Below are positions 20,266 to 29,599 of a stretch of DNA of 64,000 bases, in pieces (positions within the stretch are counted from its first letter, which is position 1; each line of letters starts with the position of its first letter). Made by a program: the position numbers and the translations under genes. Under the pieces are notes generated by a model. The model was not told where the DNA came from. It worked only from the letters and a program-made list of their open reading frames with translations, and searched no databases. The DNA comes from an uncultured bacterium (GTDB lineage Bacteria; CSSED10-310; CAZUFC01). The stretch lies in the NCBI GenBank assembly GCA_964619725.1, contig CAZUFC010000017.1, positions 1-64,000 on the forward strand. Reading direction: 5' to 3'.

Positions 20266-20850
20266 CTATTTTTTCTGTTCAATGACGTTGTCTATCAAAC
20301 CATATGCCTTGGCTTCTTCAGCCGTCATATAAAAATCCCTGTCGGTATCCGTTTCAATCTTTTCCAGCGGCTGATTCGTGTGCTTGACGAAAATGTCATT
20401 GATCATATTCTTGGCGCGAATGATTTCTTTTGCTTGTCGATCAATATCCGCCGCCTGTCCCCGAAAACCTCCCAACGGCTGATGCAACATAATTCGCGCA
20501 TTCGGCAGCGCGAACCTCTTGCCTGACGTACCGGCACACAGAAGAAGAGCTGCCAGACTGGATGCCTGACCGACGCAGATAGTCGATACCGCCGGCTTGA
20601 TATACTGCATCGTATCGTAAATGGCCAAACCGGAAGTCACGTAACCGCCCGGACTGTTCAAATACAAGTGAATGTCCTTGTCCGGGTCCTCAGCTTCAAG
20701 ATATAGAAGCTGCGCTATCGCCAGATTCGCCACATTGTCGTCTATCGGCGTTCCAATAAAAATAATGTTGTCTCTCAGCAGGCGAGAATAGATGTCATAC
20801 GACCGCTCTCCCCGGCTCGTTTGTTCAACTACAATCGGAACAAGACTCAT
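20266..20850 (-). CDS. clpP: ATP-dependent Clp protease proteolytic subunit
   Basis: [19 protein letters not shown], catalytic Ser (QASSL), HQP, DRDFYM. Confidence 0.97.
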   Translation of the reverse strand: MSLVPIVVEQTSRGERSYDIYSRLLRDNIIFIGTPIDDNVANLAIAQLLYLEAEDPDKDIHLYLNSPGGYVTSGLAIYDTMQYIKPAVSTICVGQASSLAALLLCAGTSGKRFALPNARIMLHQPLGGFRGQAADIDRQAKEIIRAKNMINDIFVKHTNQPLEKIETDTDRDFYMTAEEAKAYGLIDNVIEQKK

Positions 20851-20943
20851 ATGCGTCCCCTTTGGTAAATATTTTTTTCCGTTTTATTTTTCTCGTCTCG
20901 TCAAAATTCGACAACCGGGTATACCCGCTCATCCGTTATAACT

Positions 20944-22350
20944 TCAAGATATTTGTTCGTTCCGCTCCTCGTCTGCACCCGCTGCTTCCATACCGGCTTC
21001 ACCCGGTTCTTCAGTTAATCGCTCCTCCTCTTCAGCCAAATCAGACTCTGATTTCGCAGGCGCTTCCCCGGCAGCAGATTCTTCGGTAATTTCCTCTTCG
21101 GATTCCTCATCCGTGATTTCTGCCTGAGAATAAAGAAAATCAATGACTTTCTGTATTCTCAAATTGGCTCTTAAGTTACTCAATTTGCCGCTCTCTTCCC
21201 ACTGCTCCTTTAAAACGCCTTTTTCCACTTTCTCCTGATTCGCCGCAATCGTTAATTGCTGTTCAATCTCATTCTCGGTAACGAAAATATTCTCGGTCTC
21301 GGCAATTTCGTTCAAAATCAAATCACGTTTGACCATGTTTTCTGCAAAACCCCAATACTGATCCTTCGCCTCGTTGATTTTCTCAGAATCATCCGAACCG
21401 ATCAGCATGGCAATCCTATTTCTAACCAGCTTTTCCGGCGCTTCCAAAGAAGAATTTTCGATAACCTTCTGTATTATTTTCTCGTTAAGCTGATGCTCGG
21501 ACTGCTTTTCCATTTCTATTGCTAGCTGGTTTCTTATCGCATCCTTGAGCGCTTCCAAAGATTCGAAATCGCCGGCATCAGCGGCGAATTCGTCGTCCAA
21601 TTCCGGAACTTCGCGCTTCTTTATTTCTTTCAATGTTGTCTTAAAACAGACTTTTTTACCCGCAAACGTCGGCAGAGCATACTCTGAAGGAAATTCAAGA
21701 TTGATGGTTTTTGACTCTCCTGGCTGCATGCCGCATAGAGATTCTTCAAACTCAGTGCCCGGCAAGAATCTGCCCGTTCCCGGCTCGATATCCACATCGC
21801 CCGGACCGAACAATACCGTCTCATCCTCTTCATCAATCCCCTCAAGATTTACTTGAAGTATGTCGCCTTCCTCCGACGGACGATCCGATACGGGAACCTG
21901 AATCGAATGCTGAGCCCGCAACTGCTCCAACTGGCGGTCAACCATTTCCTCGGTAACCGGCAGCTTTTCTCTTTTGACTCTGATGTTTTTATAATCGCCG
22001 AGGCTTATTTCCGGCAAGATTTCCACCGTTACCTGAAAAGAATAAGGTTTTTTCCATTCTACAGGATCATGTTCCACCAGGGGACTTCCTACAGCCCTTA
22101 TCTCTTTCTCTTCTAAAGCCTTGTCAGTGTATTTGCGAGCCAAATCGTCGCCAACCTGCTCATTAACGAGTTTGCCGAATCTCATCCTCATAATCCCGAA
22201 TGGAACTTTACCCACCCTGAAACCATCAACCTGCACCGTTTTTCGAAGTTCTCTATAAGCCTTCTCCAACTCTTCCATTACCTCTTCTTCAGACAACTCG
22301 ATTTTCAACAACTTTTTCAGTCCCTCGAGCTCCTCAACCTCAACTTTCAT
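20944..22350 (-). CDS. tig: Trigger factor with acidic C-terminal extension
   Basis: GFRVGKVP ribosome-binding motif, FKBP-like domain, ELDDEFA; located upstream of clpP. Confidence 0.95.
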   Translation of the reverse strand: MKVEVEELEGLKKLLKIELSEEEVMEELEKAYRELRKTVQVDGFRVGKVPFGIMRMRFGKLVNEQVGDDLARKYTDKALEEKEIRAVGSPLVEHDPVEWKKPYSFQVTVEILPEISLGDYKNIRVKREKLPVTEEMVDRQLEQLRAQHSIQVPVSDRPSEEGDILQVNLEGIDEEDETVLFGPGDVDIEPGTGRFLPGTEFEESLCGMQPGESKTINLEFPSEYALPTFAGKKVCFKTTLKEIKKREVPELDDEFAADAGDFESLEALKDAIRNQLAIEMEKQSEHQLNEKIIQKVIENSSLEAPEKLVRNRIAMLIGSDDSEKINEAKDQYWGFAENMVKRDLILNEIAETENIFVTENEIEQQLTIAANQEKVEKGVLKEQWEESGKLSNLRANLRIQKVIDFLYSQAEITDEESEEEITEESAAGEAPAKSESDLAEEEERLTEEPGEAGMEAAGADEERNEQIS

Positions 22351-22453
22351 CAGTCACCTCAAATCTAATTTTACCTGGGACCAATTACCTTGCGTCCCCT
22401 CAAAATTATAATGTTTCCCGGCTTACAATCCTGTCATACCAAATCTATAAAAA

Positions 22454-22534
22454 TGCGAGAGGGGGGACTCGAACCCCCACGGTTTTACCACTGGAACCTA
22501 AATCCAGCGCGTCTGCCAGTTCCGCCACCCTCGC
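22454..22534 (-). tRNA. tRNA-Leu (anticodon TAG)
   Basis: GCGAGGGTGGCGGAACTGGCAGACGCG..CTGGATTTAGGTTCCAG..GGTTCGAGTCC..CTCTCGCA; variable arm; CCA not encoded. Confidence 0.95.
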
Positions 22535-22597
22535 CTTTACTGCCCGTCGCCGGCCCTCTTCAGACCTGGCCGCACGGTATAGCCGAACAGCAGAGTC

Positions 22598-22626
22598 AAC
22601 ATAAGTATCTTTCTCTAATAAGTCAA
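22598..22626 (-). promoter_or_regulatory. sigma70 promoter for tRNA-Leu/tig
   Basis: TTGACT-N17-TATGTT. Confidence 0.55.
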
Positions 22627-22760
22627 GCGCTTATAACTTGCAAGCCGTTTTTGAACGGAAAAAATTCCTTCCTCTAAACGCGGTCACCTTGCAGCTCCCC
22701 GCTCTAAAAACGCCTTTATGCTTTTCTGTTTTTCAACGAGCAGAAGTCCCGTCAGTCTCT

Positions 22761-23225
22761 TCAGTCGCGGACAATACCTCCCAAATGCTTCGAAGCCGGT
22801 TTGTGAGGCTTGTCCAGGTCCATCCTGATGCGGCCGCCGTCATATTTTCCGACTATGATCATCCCGTCGTTCCTCTGAAATAAACGGTCAACTTTCAGCT
22901 CATTCCATTTGTCGTCCGCCTTCTTGTATAACTTCTTCTCCTTCAGCTCCATCTTGTACGACGCTTTACCGCATTCTATCTTCAAAGTATTGCCGTCTGC
23001 CGATTTCATTATCTTGCAATCTTCCATTGGCGTCCACGGTTGTCCCGACATGACTTTTCCTTCCAATACCGTCCAATCTGAAGTCTTAGCCGCCGCCGGC
23101 GCCGCTTTCGCCGCCTTTTCCGTGTCGGCTTTCGGTTTTTCAGGTTGTTCCGTCCCGCACATGACAGCCTGAGAAAGCGCGAACAACAACAGAAAACTCA
23201 AAAAAACCACAAAAAAACGATTCAT
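22761..23225 (-). CDS. Hypothetical exported protein or lipoprotein
   Basis: SD GGAGGT, signal peptide ending AVMC, Ala/Lys/Pro linker, small beta-rich domain. Confidence 0.6.
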   Translation of the reverse strand: MNRFFVVFLSFLLLFALSQAVMCGTEQPEKPKADTEKAAKAAPAAAKTSDWTVLEGKVMSGQPWTPMEDCKIMKSADGNTLKIECGKASYKMELKEKKLYKKADDKWNELKVDRLFQRNDGMIIVGKYDGGRIRMDLDKPHKPASKHLGGIVRD

Positions 23226-23263
23226 AAAACACCTCCAAAGAGTTAAGGTCTCACATTCCGAAA

Positions 23264-24640
23264 TCAAACTATATAAATTATTCTTAAAAATGACAACACT
23301 ATGCTGATCCAGAAAATCGATAAAAGCACAGCCGTCGTCAGATTCTGCCGGTTTAGAACCAACAGTTCTTCCGGTTTATTCATTATGCACTGAAATCCTT
23401 TCAAAGTAAACAGAAAAAGAAAAGGCAGCATTGGAATTCTATATCTCGGCAACCCGTGTACGCAAAAATGGACGAAAGAATAATACACGATAAGCATAAC
23501 GATCAGGTGTTTGAGAGGGGAGGATTCCGAACGTACGAGTCCTACGAGTGCGAGTGAAAGGAAAAAAATGTAAAGGAGACTGTTGAGTATCAGCAGAAGC
23601 GAGGCTGTATATTTGCATCCGTCGAGGTTGCTCAGTCTGAGGAAGTGTTGCAATCTTCCCCAGAGGTTGACGAAATGAACGACGCCCATTTTCAGGAAAT
23701 CAACAGGATTCTGCATGACGTGATCTTTTATTTCCCTGATCAATCTCTGATAATGTATGTATTCCTCGGTTTTCGTCTGATTTTCGTCCAATATTTTCAG
23801 TTTCCTGGTATGCAGTGCGTTCGGATTGAATTCCTTGAGCAGCCCAATGTTATTATCTTCCCTTCTTTCGGTGGTTTGATGCTCCAGGGTCCGGGCTACG
23901 CTGGTGTTGATGAGGATAAAACCTCCATGGAGCAGGTAATTTCTGACGGTCCACGGGCCAATGCATAAAAAGGCGCCCAGCAGAAGAAACGCCGCTCCTT
24001 TTTTCTTTGTCTTCGGCAACTTAAAGAAAGCGTACACTCCGCTTACAATTATAAAACCCGCCATGACGGAACGGGTCAGGGCTGCCGCTCCAAAGAGTAT
24101 TCCTGCTCCCAGTCCGGCAAAACTCGATTTAAACATTCTGTTCAACAACAGAAAACCGCCGCTGATCAAAAAAATAAAAAGAATTTCCGTCATCAGATAA
24201 CTGGGAAAAAAAATGAATACGGGATAGGACAAAAAGATCAGGGCGCCGACTGCTGCGGAAGGCGAGTCCTTCCATAAGCGCAGGCCGAGGATGTAAATCA
24301 AAAAAGCGATAATTAGAGACATGGCGATCTGTATTAGTCTGACGACAATGAGGGATTCACCGAAAATTGCGTATATGCCGGCCAGGAAGAAGGAATAGAG
24401 CGGAGGACGAATGGAGGACCTGATGCCGTCGTGAAGGTACAAACCATACTGTACAAGGCCCTGAGCCGAACCGTGATAGAAATGACCGTCGAAATGAATG
24501 GGAGCAGCAGGGAGACTGAAAACGCAGATCAGTTTAAGTATCGTTGAAACCGCAATGATGAAAACAGCGAACCGATAAAACCGCCGGTTTTTGTCCTTCC
24601 GACGGCTGCGCTTTGAATGTAGATATGAATCTTTCGTCAT
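23264..24640 (-). CDS. ArnT/PMT_2 (GT39/GT83-like) membrane glycosyltransferase
   Basis: FDGHFY, RPPLYSFFLA, LMTEILF, ALTRS, PWTVRNY, RYRIP motifs. Confidence 0.85.
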   Translation of the reverse strand: MTKDSYLHSKRSRRKDKNRRFYRFAVFIIAVSTILKLICVFSLPAAPIHFDGHFYHGSAQGLVQYGLYLHDGIRSSIRPPLYSFFLAGIYAIFGESLIVVRLIQIAMSLIIAFLIYILGLRLWKDSPSAAVGALIFLSYPVFIFFPSYLMTEILFIFLISGGFLLLNRMFKSSFAGLGAGILFGAAALTRSVMAGFIIVSGVYAFFKLPKTKKKGAAFLLLGAFLCIGPWTVRNYLLHGGFILINTSVARTLEHQTTERREDNNIGLLKEFNPNALHTRKLKILDENQTKTEEYIHYQRLIREIKDHVMQNPVDFLKMGVVHFVNLWGRLQHFLRLSNLDGCKYTASLLLILNSLLYIFFLSLALVGLVRSESSPLKHLIVMLIVYYSFVHFCVHGLPRYRIPMLPFLFLFTLKGFQCIMNKPEELLVLNRQNLTTAVLLSIFWISIVLSFLRIIYIV

Positions 24641-24699
24641 CGTCTTATATCACGGCATATGTTATTGTTATAAAATCTCTTTTTAGGCCGTAGCGGAAT

Positions 24700-24723
24700 A
24701 AAAAAAAGCGCTGCCCGGCAACG
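24700..24723 (-). terminator. Intrinsic terminator after argS
   Basis: CGTTGC-CGG-GCAGCG hairpin followed by T8 on the minus strand. Confidence 0.55.
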
Positions 24724-24725
24724 AA

Positions 24726-26435
24726 TTACATTTTTTCCAGAGCTTTAATTCCCAGAAGATTCAACCCGTTTTTCAATATCTGCCTTACGGACTGAATAAG
24801 AAGCAATCGGTTTGAGCGGACCGGTTCTTCGCTCTGCAGGACGCGATGAGTATGATAAAAGCTGTTGAACTTGGAAGCCAGGTCAAGCAGATAATTGCTG
24901 AGAACCGACGGTTCGAATTCATTTGCTGCCTGCTGTACGGTCTCCGGAAAGGCTGCAGCCGCCATCAGCAGCCGTTTGACCTCCGGGTCGGCAAACTGGT
25001 CCGGAACAAGAGCGCTGACTTCAGGAACATCTTCCGCTTTCCTGAGTATGCTGCAAATGCGGGCGTGGGAATACTGCAGATAAGGCCCTGTTTCACCCTC
25101 GAAACTCAACATCTGATCGTAATCGAAAGTAATATCCCGCACGCGTTTGTTTTTCAGATCGTTAAAAATCAAAGCGCCGATTCCCACGGCCTCCGAAACG
25201 GCATCAATTTCACTGTCATCTGAAAACCGGCCGGCATGCAGGCCGCTCACGATCTTTTCCCGCGCCTTTTTCACGGCTTCATTTATAACGTCCTTGAGGA
25301 ACACGACCGTTCCCTTCCGGGTGCTCATTCCGATAATATGTCCGAATGAAACGTGGTGCATGTTTTCAGCCCAGGGATAGCCCAAAAGTTCGCATACTTT
25401 GAATAATTGTTGGAAATGAAGCGATTGGGGGGTTCCGGTGACGTAAAGCGCCAGATTGAATTTGTATTCCTGCGCCCTGTATTCTGCAGCAGCCAGGTCC
25501 CGGGTGCCGTAAAGGGTCGTGCCGTCGGATTTGCGGACCAGAAAAGGCGGCAGATCATACCTGTCCAGCGGAACGATCCAGGCTCCCTGACTTTCCTGAA
25601 GCAACGATCTGTTCTGAAGATGTTCAATAGCGGATTCCATTTTATCCGTGTAAAAACTCTCACCGGTGTAAGCATCAAATTCCACGCCCAAACGGTCGTA
25701 TATCTTTTTCAACTCATCAAGACTTTTACTCTTTAATTTTTCCCATAACCGCGAAGCTTCTGAATCGCCTTCCTCAAGCCTCCGAAACCAGGAACGCGCC
25801 TCATCGCGATACGTCTCATCCTGCTCCATAAGCCTGTTATACTCGACATACAGCCGGTAGCAGTATTTGATCGAGTCTTCGTCGAGTTTTCTTTCATCGC
25901 CTGTTTTTTTCAGAGCTGCCAGCATGACGCCGAACTGGGTTCCCCAATCGCCCAGGTGGTTGATTCCCATGCAATTCCAGCCGAGATACCGGAAAATCCG
26001 ATACAGGGCGGCGCCGATCATCGTCGAGCGAATATGTCCTATGCCCAAGGGTTTGGCTATGTTCGGCGAAGAATAATCAATTACGACAGTTTTGCCGCTG
26101 CCTTCTTCCGATGAACCATACTCAGCGCCACTCTCATGCACTTCCCGCAACGTCCTTTCCGCCAAATATGCCTCATCAATAAAAAAATTGACATAGGGCC
26201 CAGCCACGCGAATCTCTCTAAATGGATGAATTTCCCCTTTCCCGATTGAACCGACCAGTTCTTTTGCCGTCTCATTAGGATTCAGACCGGAAAGACGATA
26301 TTTAAAACACCCGAATGCGATATCTCCTAATTTCGGATCAGGCGGCGTTCCCAAAGCCTCATACAATTGTAACGTATCTGCTTCAAAGTAAGGTTTTAAA
26401 AGCTCTATCGCCGCTCTCCTGTATTCAGTAATCAT
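24726..26435 (-). CDS. argS: Arginine--tRNA ligase
   Basis: DYSSPNIAKP.GIGHIRST, NHLGDWGTQFG, KSDG..LY..RD, MSTRKG, GETGPYLQY. Confidence 0.97.
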   Translation of the reverse strand: MITEYRRAAIELLKPYFEADTLQLYEALGTPPDPKLGDIAFGCFKYRLSGLNPNETAKELVGSIGKGEIHPFREIRVAGPYVNFFIDEAYLAERTLREVHESGAEYGSSEEGSGKTVVIDYSSPNIAKPLGIGHIRSTMIGAALYRIFRYLGWNCMGINHLGDWGTQFGVMLAALKKTGDERKLDEDSIKYCYRLYVEYNRLMEQDETYRDEARSWFRRLEEGDSEASRLWEKLKSKSLDELKKIYDRLGVEFDAYTGESFYTDKMESAIEHLQNRSLLQESQGAWIVPLDRYDLPPFLVRKSDGTTLYGTRDLAAAEYRAQEYKFNLALYVTGTPQSLHFQQLFKVCELLGYPWAENMHHVSFGHIIGMSTRKGTVVFLKDVINEAVKKAREKIVSGLHAGRFSDDSEIDAVSEAVGIGALIFNDLKNKRVRDITFDYDQMLSFEGETGPYLQYSHARICSILRKAEDVPEVSALVPDQFADPEVKRLLMAAAAFPETVQQAANEFEPSVLSNYLLDLASKFNSFYHTHRVLQSEEPVRSNRLLLIQSVRQILKNGLNLLGIKALEKM

Positions 26436-26456
26436 TAATTCCCGCTCCCTTATTCC

Positions 26457-26828
26457 TCATTTGACATACGAAGTCCTCAACAGGGATACATTGTCTATTA
26501 TTTCCACTCGGTATATGTCCATTTCAAGCTTCTCGGTCTTCTCTTCCACTATACCGTATAAAACTCTGGCAAAATCCTCTATCAATACCATTGTCCCCTG
26601 GAACTCCGGCAAATCAGTCAGATTGATGCCGTCATATCTCTGTACGCAATTCTGAATGATATCCTCAATCTCCCGTGAAGGCAAAAAATGCGCCTTCGTC
26701 TGAGAAACTTTTAATCGAAAATGAAAACGGATCGTTAAATCATGCTCATGAAGCACACTATCGTCCTGGTCGGAATCAACTATCTTGTGCATGGGACGAA
26801 CTTTAGCCTCCGCAGCCAGTTCATACAT
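26457..26828 (-). CDS. Divergent QueD / 6-pyruvoyl-tetrahydropterin synthase (T-fold) family protein
   Basis: H...LHEH metal-site pattern, NLTDLPEF, IEDFA; size and layout of QueD. Confidence 0.6.
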   Translation of the reverse strand: MYELAAEAKVRPMHKIVDSDQDDSVLHEHDLTIRFHFRLKVSQTKAHFLPSREIEDIIQNCVQRYDGINLTDLPEFQGTMVLIEDFARVLYGIVEEKTEKLEMDIYRVEIIDNVSLLRTSYVK

Positions 26829-26965
26829 GAGACTCTCCCCTTCCTGTAATTCCAGAGTCCATATTCCGGTTCATCAAACCAACCATCCCCCGACAATCGG
26901 ATCGCCGGCTCATCACATAGCGCTCCCTCAACCTGAAATTCGAGACGCCTTTCATATGAAAGCAT

Positions 26966-26993
26966 AAAAGGCTGCAGCAACCTTGCTGCAGCC
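26966..26993 (-). terminator. Intrinsic terminator after tRNA-Val
   Basis: GGCTGCAGCAA-GG-TTGCTGCAGCC followed by TTTT. Confidence 0.75.
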
Positions 26994-27001
26994 CTGTATT
27001 A

Positions 27002-27073
27002 TGGGCGATACAGGATTTGAACCTGTGACACCCGCCGTGTGAGGACGGTGCTCTCCCCCTGAGCTAATCGCCC
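27002..27073 (-). tRNA. tRNA-Val (anticodon CAC)
   Basis: GGGCGATTAGCTCAG..CCGTCCTCACACGGCGG..GGTTCAAATCC..ATCGCCCA. Confidence 0.95.
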
Positions 27074-27160
27074 TGTTGAACCGATTAAAACACCACGCTG
27101 CCCAAAAGTCAAGACCATTTAATATTCCGACTCATTCGCCCGATTCTGAGCATATGACGT

Positions 27161-28285
27161 CTACAAATTATTGATTATTATTTCCATCTTTCGGCGAACG
27201 CTTTCCGTAAAGAGCGCCAGTTTTTCCATGATCTCATGGATATCCTCTCTGAAAAGGAAATATCCGGCTGCAGCGGCTATAACCGCCAGACACAGAAGAT
27301 AAATCCCGGCCTTCCTTCGAAAAGATAATACTGTCTCGGTCTTATCCGCGGTCCCCGACTTTCTCGATTTCATGTTCTTTTTGTGCATCTCGCCGATTCT
27401 TCGTTTCAAATAATTTTTTACGGTCGACCGGTCAGCGGCAAAATATCCTAAATTTCGTATCACCACATTTATGTTCTCAAAACGCTCTTCAGGATATGTT
27501 TTCAGCATTCCCTCCAACAAAGCGCTCAATTCCGGATCAAACTTTGACGGCAGAGGCCTGGGCTTTGTTTTAGTTTTTATGTTGATTACGCGGAAGATAT
27601 CTTCATTTTTCTTGATCGAAAACGGCAACTTTTTCGTCAACATCTCGTAAGTCATCAACCCCAAAGAATAAATATCGGATCGCTCATCAAGCTCCTGCCC
27701 TCTTTTTCCTTCAAGCTGTTCGGGTGACATGTAAGCGGGAGTGCCGACCATGAATCCGGTCTGCGTCAAAGCGATGTTTTCAGTCCTGGCTATGCCGAAA
27801 TCCGTTAATTTAATGATTCCCTTTTTCGAAATGAGGATGTTGTCCGGCTTCAGGTCTCGATGGAGAATATTTTTTTTATGAATGTAGGCCAGAGATTTTG
27901 CAATAATGAGCGCTATGCCTGTCGCTGTCTCCTCCGGCAAAGGACCGTTTTTTCTTATAAGCTCTCGCAGTGATATCCCGTCAATGAATTCCATTATTAT
28001 CTGACACGTTCCCATTTCCTCAAGAAAATCGTAAACCCTGACCACGTTGGGATGCTTGATTCCTTTGATTGCTTCATATTCATATTTGAATCTAAGTTTG
28101 GTCTCTCGCTTGTCCGTCAATTCAAGGCGCAGCTCCTTCATGGCCAGAGTCCGGTTTCCGGCATCTTTAACCTGGTATATCCGGGACATACCGCCCTTCG
28201 CAGACTGGCAAACAACCCGATAACCGCCTATCTCAAAGCCCTTTGAATAAACAGGACTCCTTTTCTTTCCTCTTTGCGTCGTCAT
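27161..28285 (-). CDS. Hanks-type Ser/Thr protein kinase with C-terminal TM
   Basis: AMKEL, HRDLKPDN, DFGIAR, GTPAYMSPEQ, SDIYSLG. Confidence 0.95.
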   Translation of the reverse strand: MTTQRGKKRSPVYSKGFEIGGYRVVCQSAKGGMSRIYQVKDAGNRTLAMKELRLELTDKRETKLRFKYEYEAIKGIKHPNVVRVYDFLEEMGTCQIIMEFIDGISLRELIRKNGPLPEETATGIALIIAKSLAYIHKKNILHRDLKPDNILISKKGIIKLTDFGIARTENIALTQTGFMVGTPAYMSPEQLEGKRGQELDERSDIYSLGLMTYEMLTKKLPFSIKKNEDIFRVINIKTKTKPRPLPSKFDPELSALLEGMLKTYPEERFENINVVIRNLGYFAADRSTVKNYLKRRIGEMHKKNMKSRKSGTADKTETVLSFRRKAGIYLLCLAVIAAAAGYFLFREDIHEIMEKLALFTESVRRKMEIIINNL

Positions 28286-28739
28286 GATGGTTCTAAAATT
28301 TTCCGGCCTGCCTCCTTCTTCTTTTTAATCTTATAAACATAATCGGTCACCCGGAAAACAAATTACCCTGTTGCAGCCGGCGAACAGACCCGACCGCAAG
28401 GCAGAACAACAATATATTATACTTCTCGCCGCCTCAAGAGCTATTCATGTTTCTGTTTCTGTCCTGAGACGCAATCCGGCGTCGAGGATTTAACCAGCGC
28501 CTCAGAATAGTGAAAAAAACAGACGGTTCGTTTTTTGTCGGATAAAATTAATTTTTAATGCTTGAGATACTCATCAGCCCCTGTCCGCTGAGTCTTTGTG
28601 CGTGAAAAACATAATGCGGCAGCGTAGCTCTTTATTGTTTTTGCCGGCGTTTCGCATTGACATGAATCCGCCTGATATGTTAAATAATTGATGTTTTGAG
28701 GAAATGAGCAGCAATAAACCAAACTATGCGGGAGCGATT

Positions 28740-29516
28740 ATGAATAAAGTTCTTATCGTCGAAGACAACAGACAATTTTTGGATGATGTCGCCCGATCAT
28801 TGGAAATGAGAGGATATAAGGCGCTGAAGGCTGAAAACGGGAGACAGGCTTTGCAACAGATCGAAGAAAACAAAGATATTCTGCTGATGATACTGGATGT
28901 TGTTCTTCCCGATTTTAACGCTATGGAAATACTGCAAAAGATTTCCAGATTGGATCGCAAGGTTCCGGTGGTCATTTGCACGGTGAGAGATAAATTAGTG
29001 CAAGAGTATGAATTCACTTTTCCATTTGTACGCGGATTCATTTCGAAACGAATGGGCATCAGAAAAATTATCGATCAGATCGAAAACGTCCTGGCTGGAA
29101 GTAAAGTTGAAGCCATACCGGAAACTGAAGAAAACGCCAATGTGAAAAGAGTTTCGATGGAACTGAGGAAAAAATTGAACCTGGAGGATGGAAGCGGGAA
29201 AGAAATCGTCGATAAGCTACTTTACCTTGCCGATCTTCAGAATATCAACAGAATCGTGCTGGACATCAAAGGTATGCATTGTCGGGTGGCCCTGCTCTCT
29301 GACGACATGGAAGCAAGCAGCTTTACTTGTACCGAATCCATTTTCGGAATAATCGGCAGGCGATTGGAGATAATGGCTAATCTTCCTCTGTCGCAGCCTG
29401 CAGTAGAAGTTAAGGGTAATTTCGACGTTGTGGTTAACGGAAGAAAAAGCTCTTATACGCTTATAAGAAACTGGATGGGGACGACCAAGGTTTTCTCTCT
29501 GGAAAAAAACGCCTGA
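28740..29516 (+). CDS. Response regulator (REC) with C-terminal domain resembling the GspE/PilB N2 domain
   Basis: VLIVEDN, phosphoacceptor LDVVLP, conserved Lys (FISK); C-terminal RRLEIMANL..KGNF pattern. Confidence 0.75.
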   Translation: MNKVLIVEDNRQFLDDVARSLEMRGYKALKAENGRQALQQIEENKDILLMILDVVLPDFNAMEILQKISRLDRKVPVVICTVRDKLVQEYEFTFPFVRGFISKRMGIRKIIDQIENVLAGSKVEAIPETEENANVKRVSMELRKKLNLEDGSGKEIVDKLLYLADLQNINRIVLDIKGMHCRVALLSDDMEASSFTCTESIFGIIGRRLEIMANLPLSQPAVEVKGNFDVVVNGRKSSYTLIRNWMGTTKVFSLEKNA

Positions 29517-29599
29517 CGGGGACGGGGATGCTCGCCCCTTATTCCAAATCGTGGGACTTCACAATTAGTTTAATAATCTGGTCTTTTTCGGGAGGAGCT

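Noticed and set aside
26829-26960. T-box, preQ1 riboswitch or 6S RNA upstream of queD-like/argS
   Set aside because: No T-box GGTGGNACCGCG, no preQ1 consensus and no long 6S-type rod recognisable
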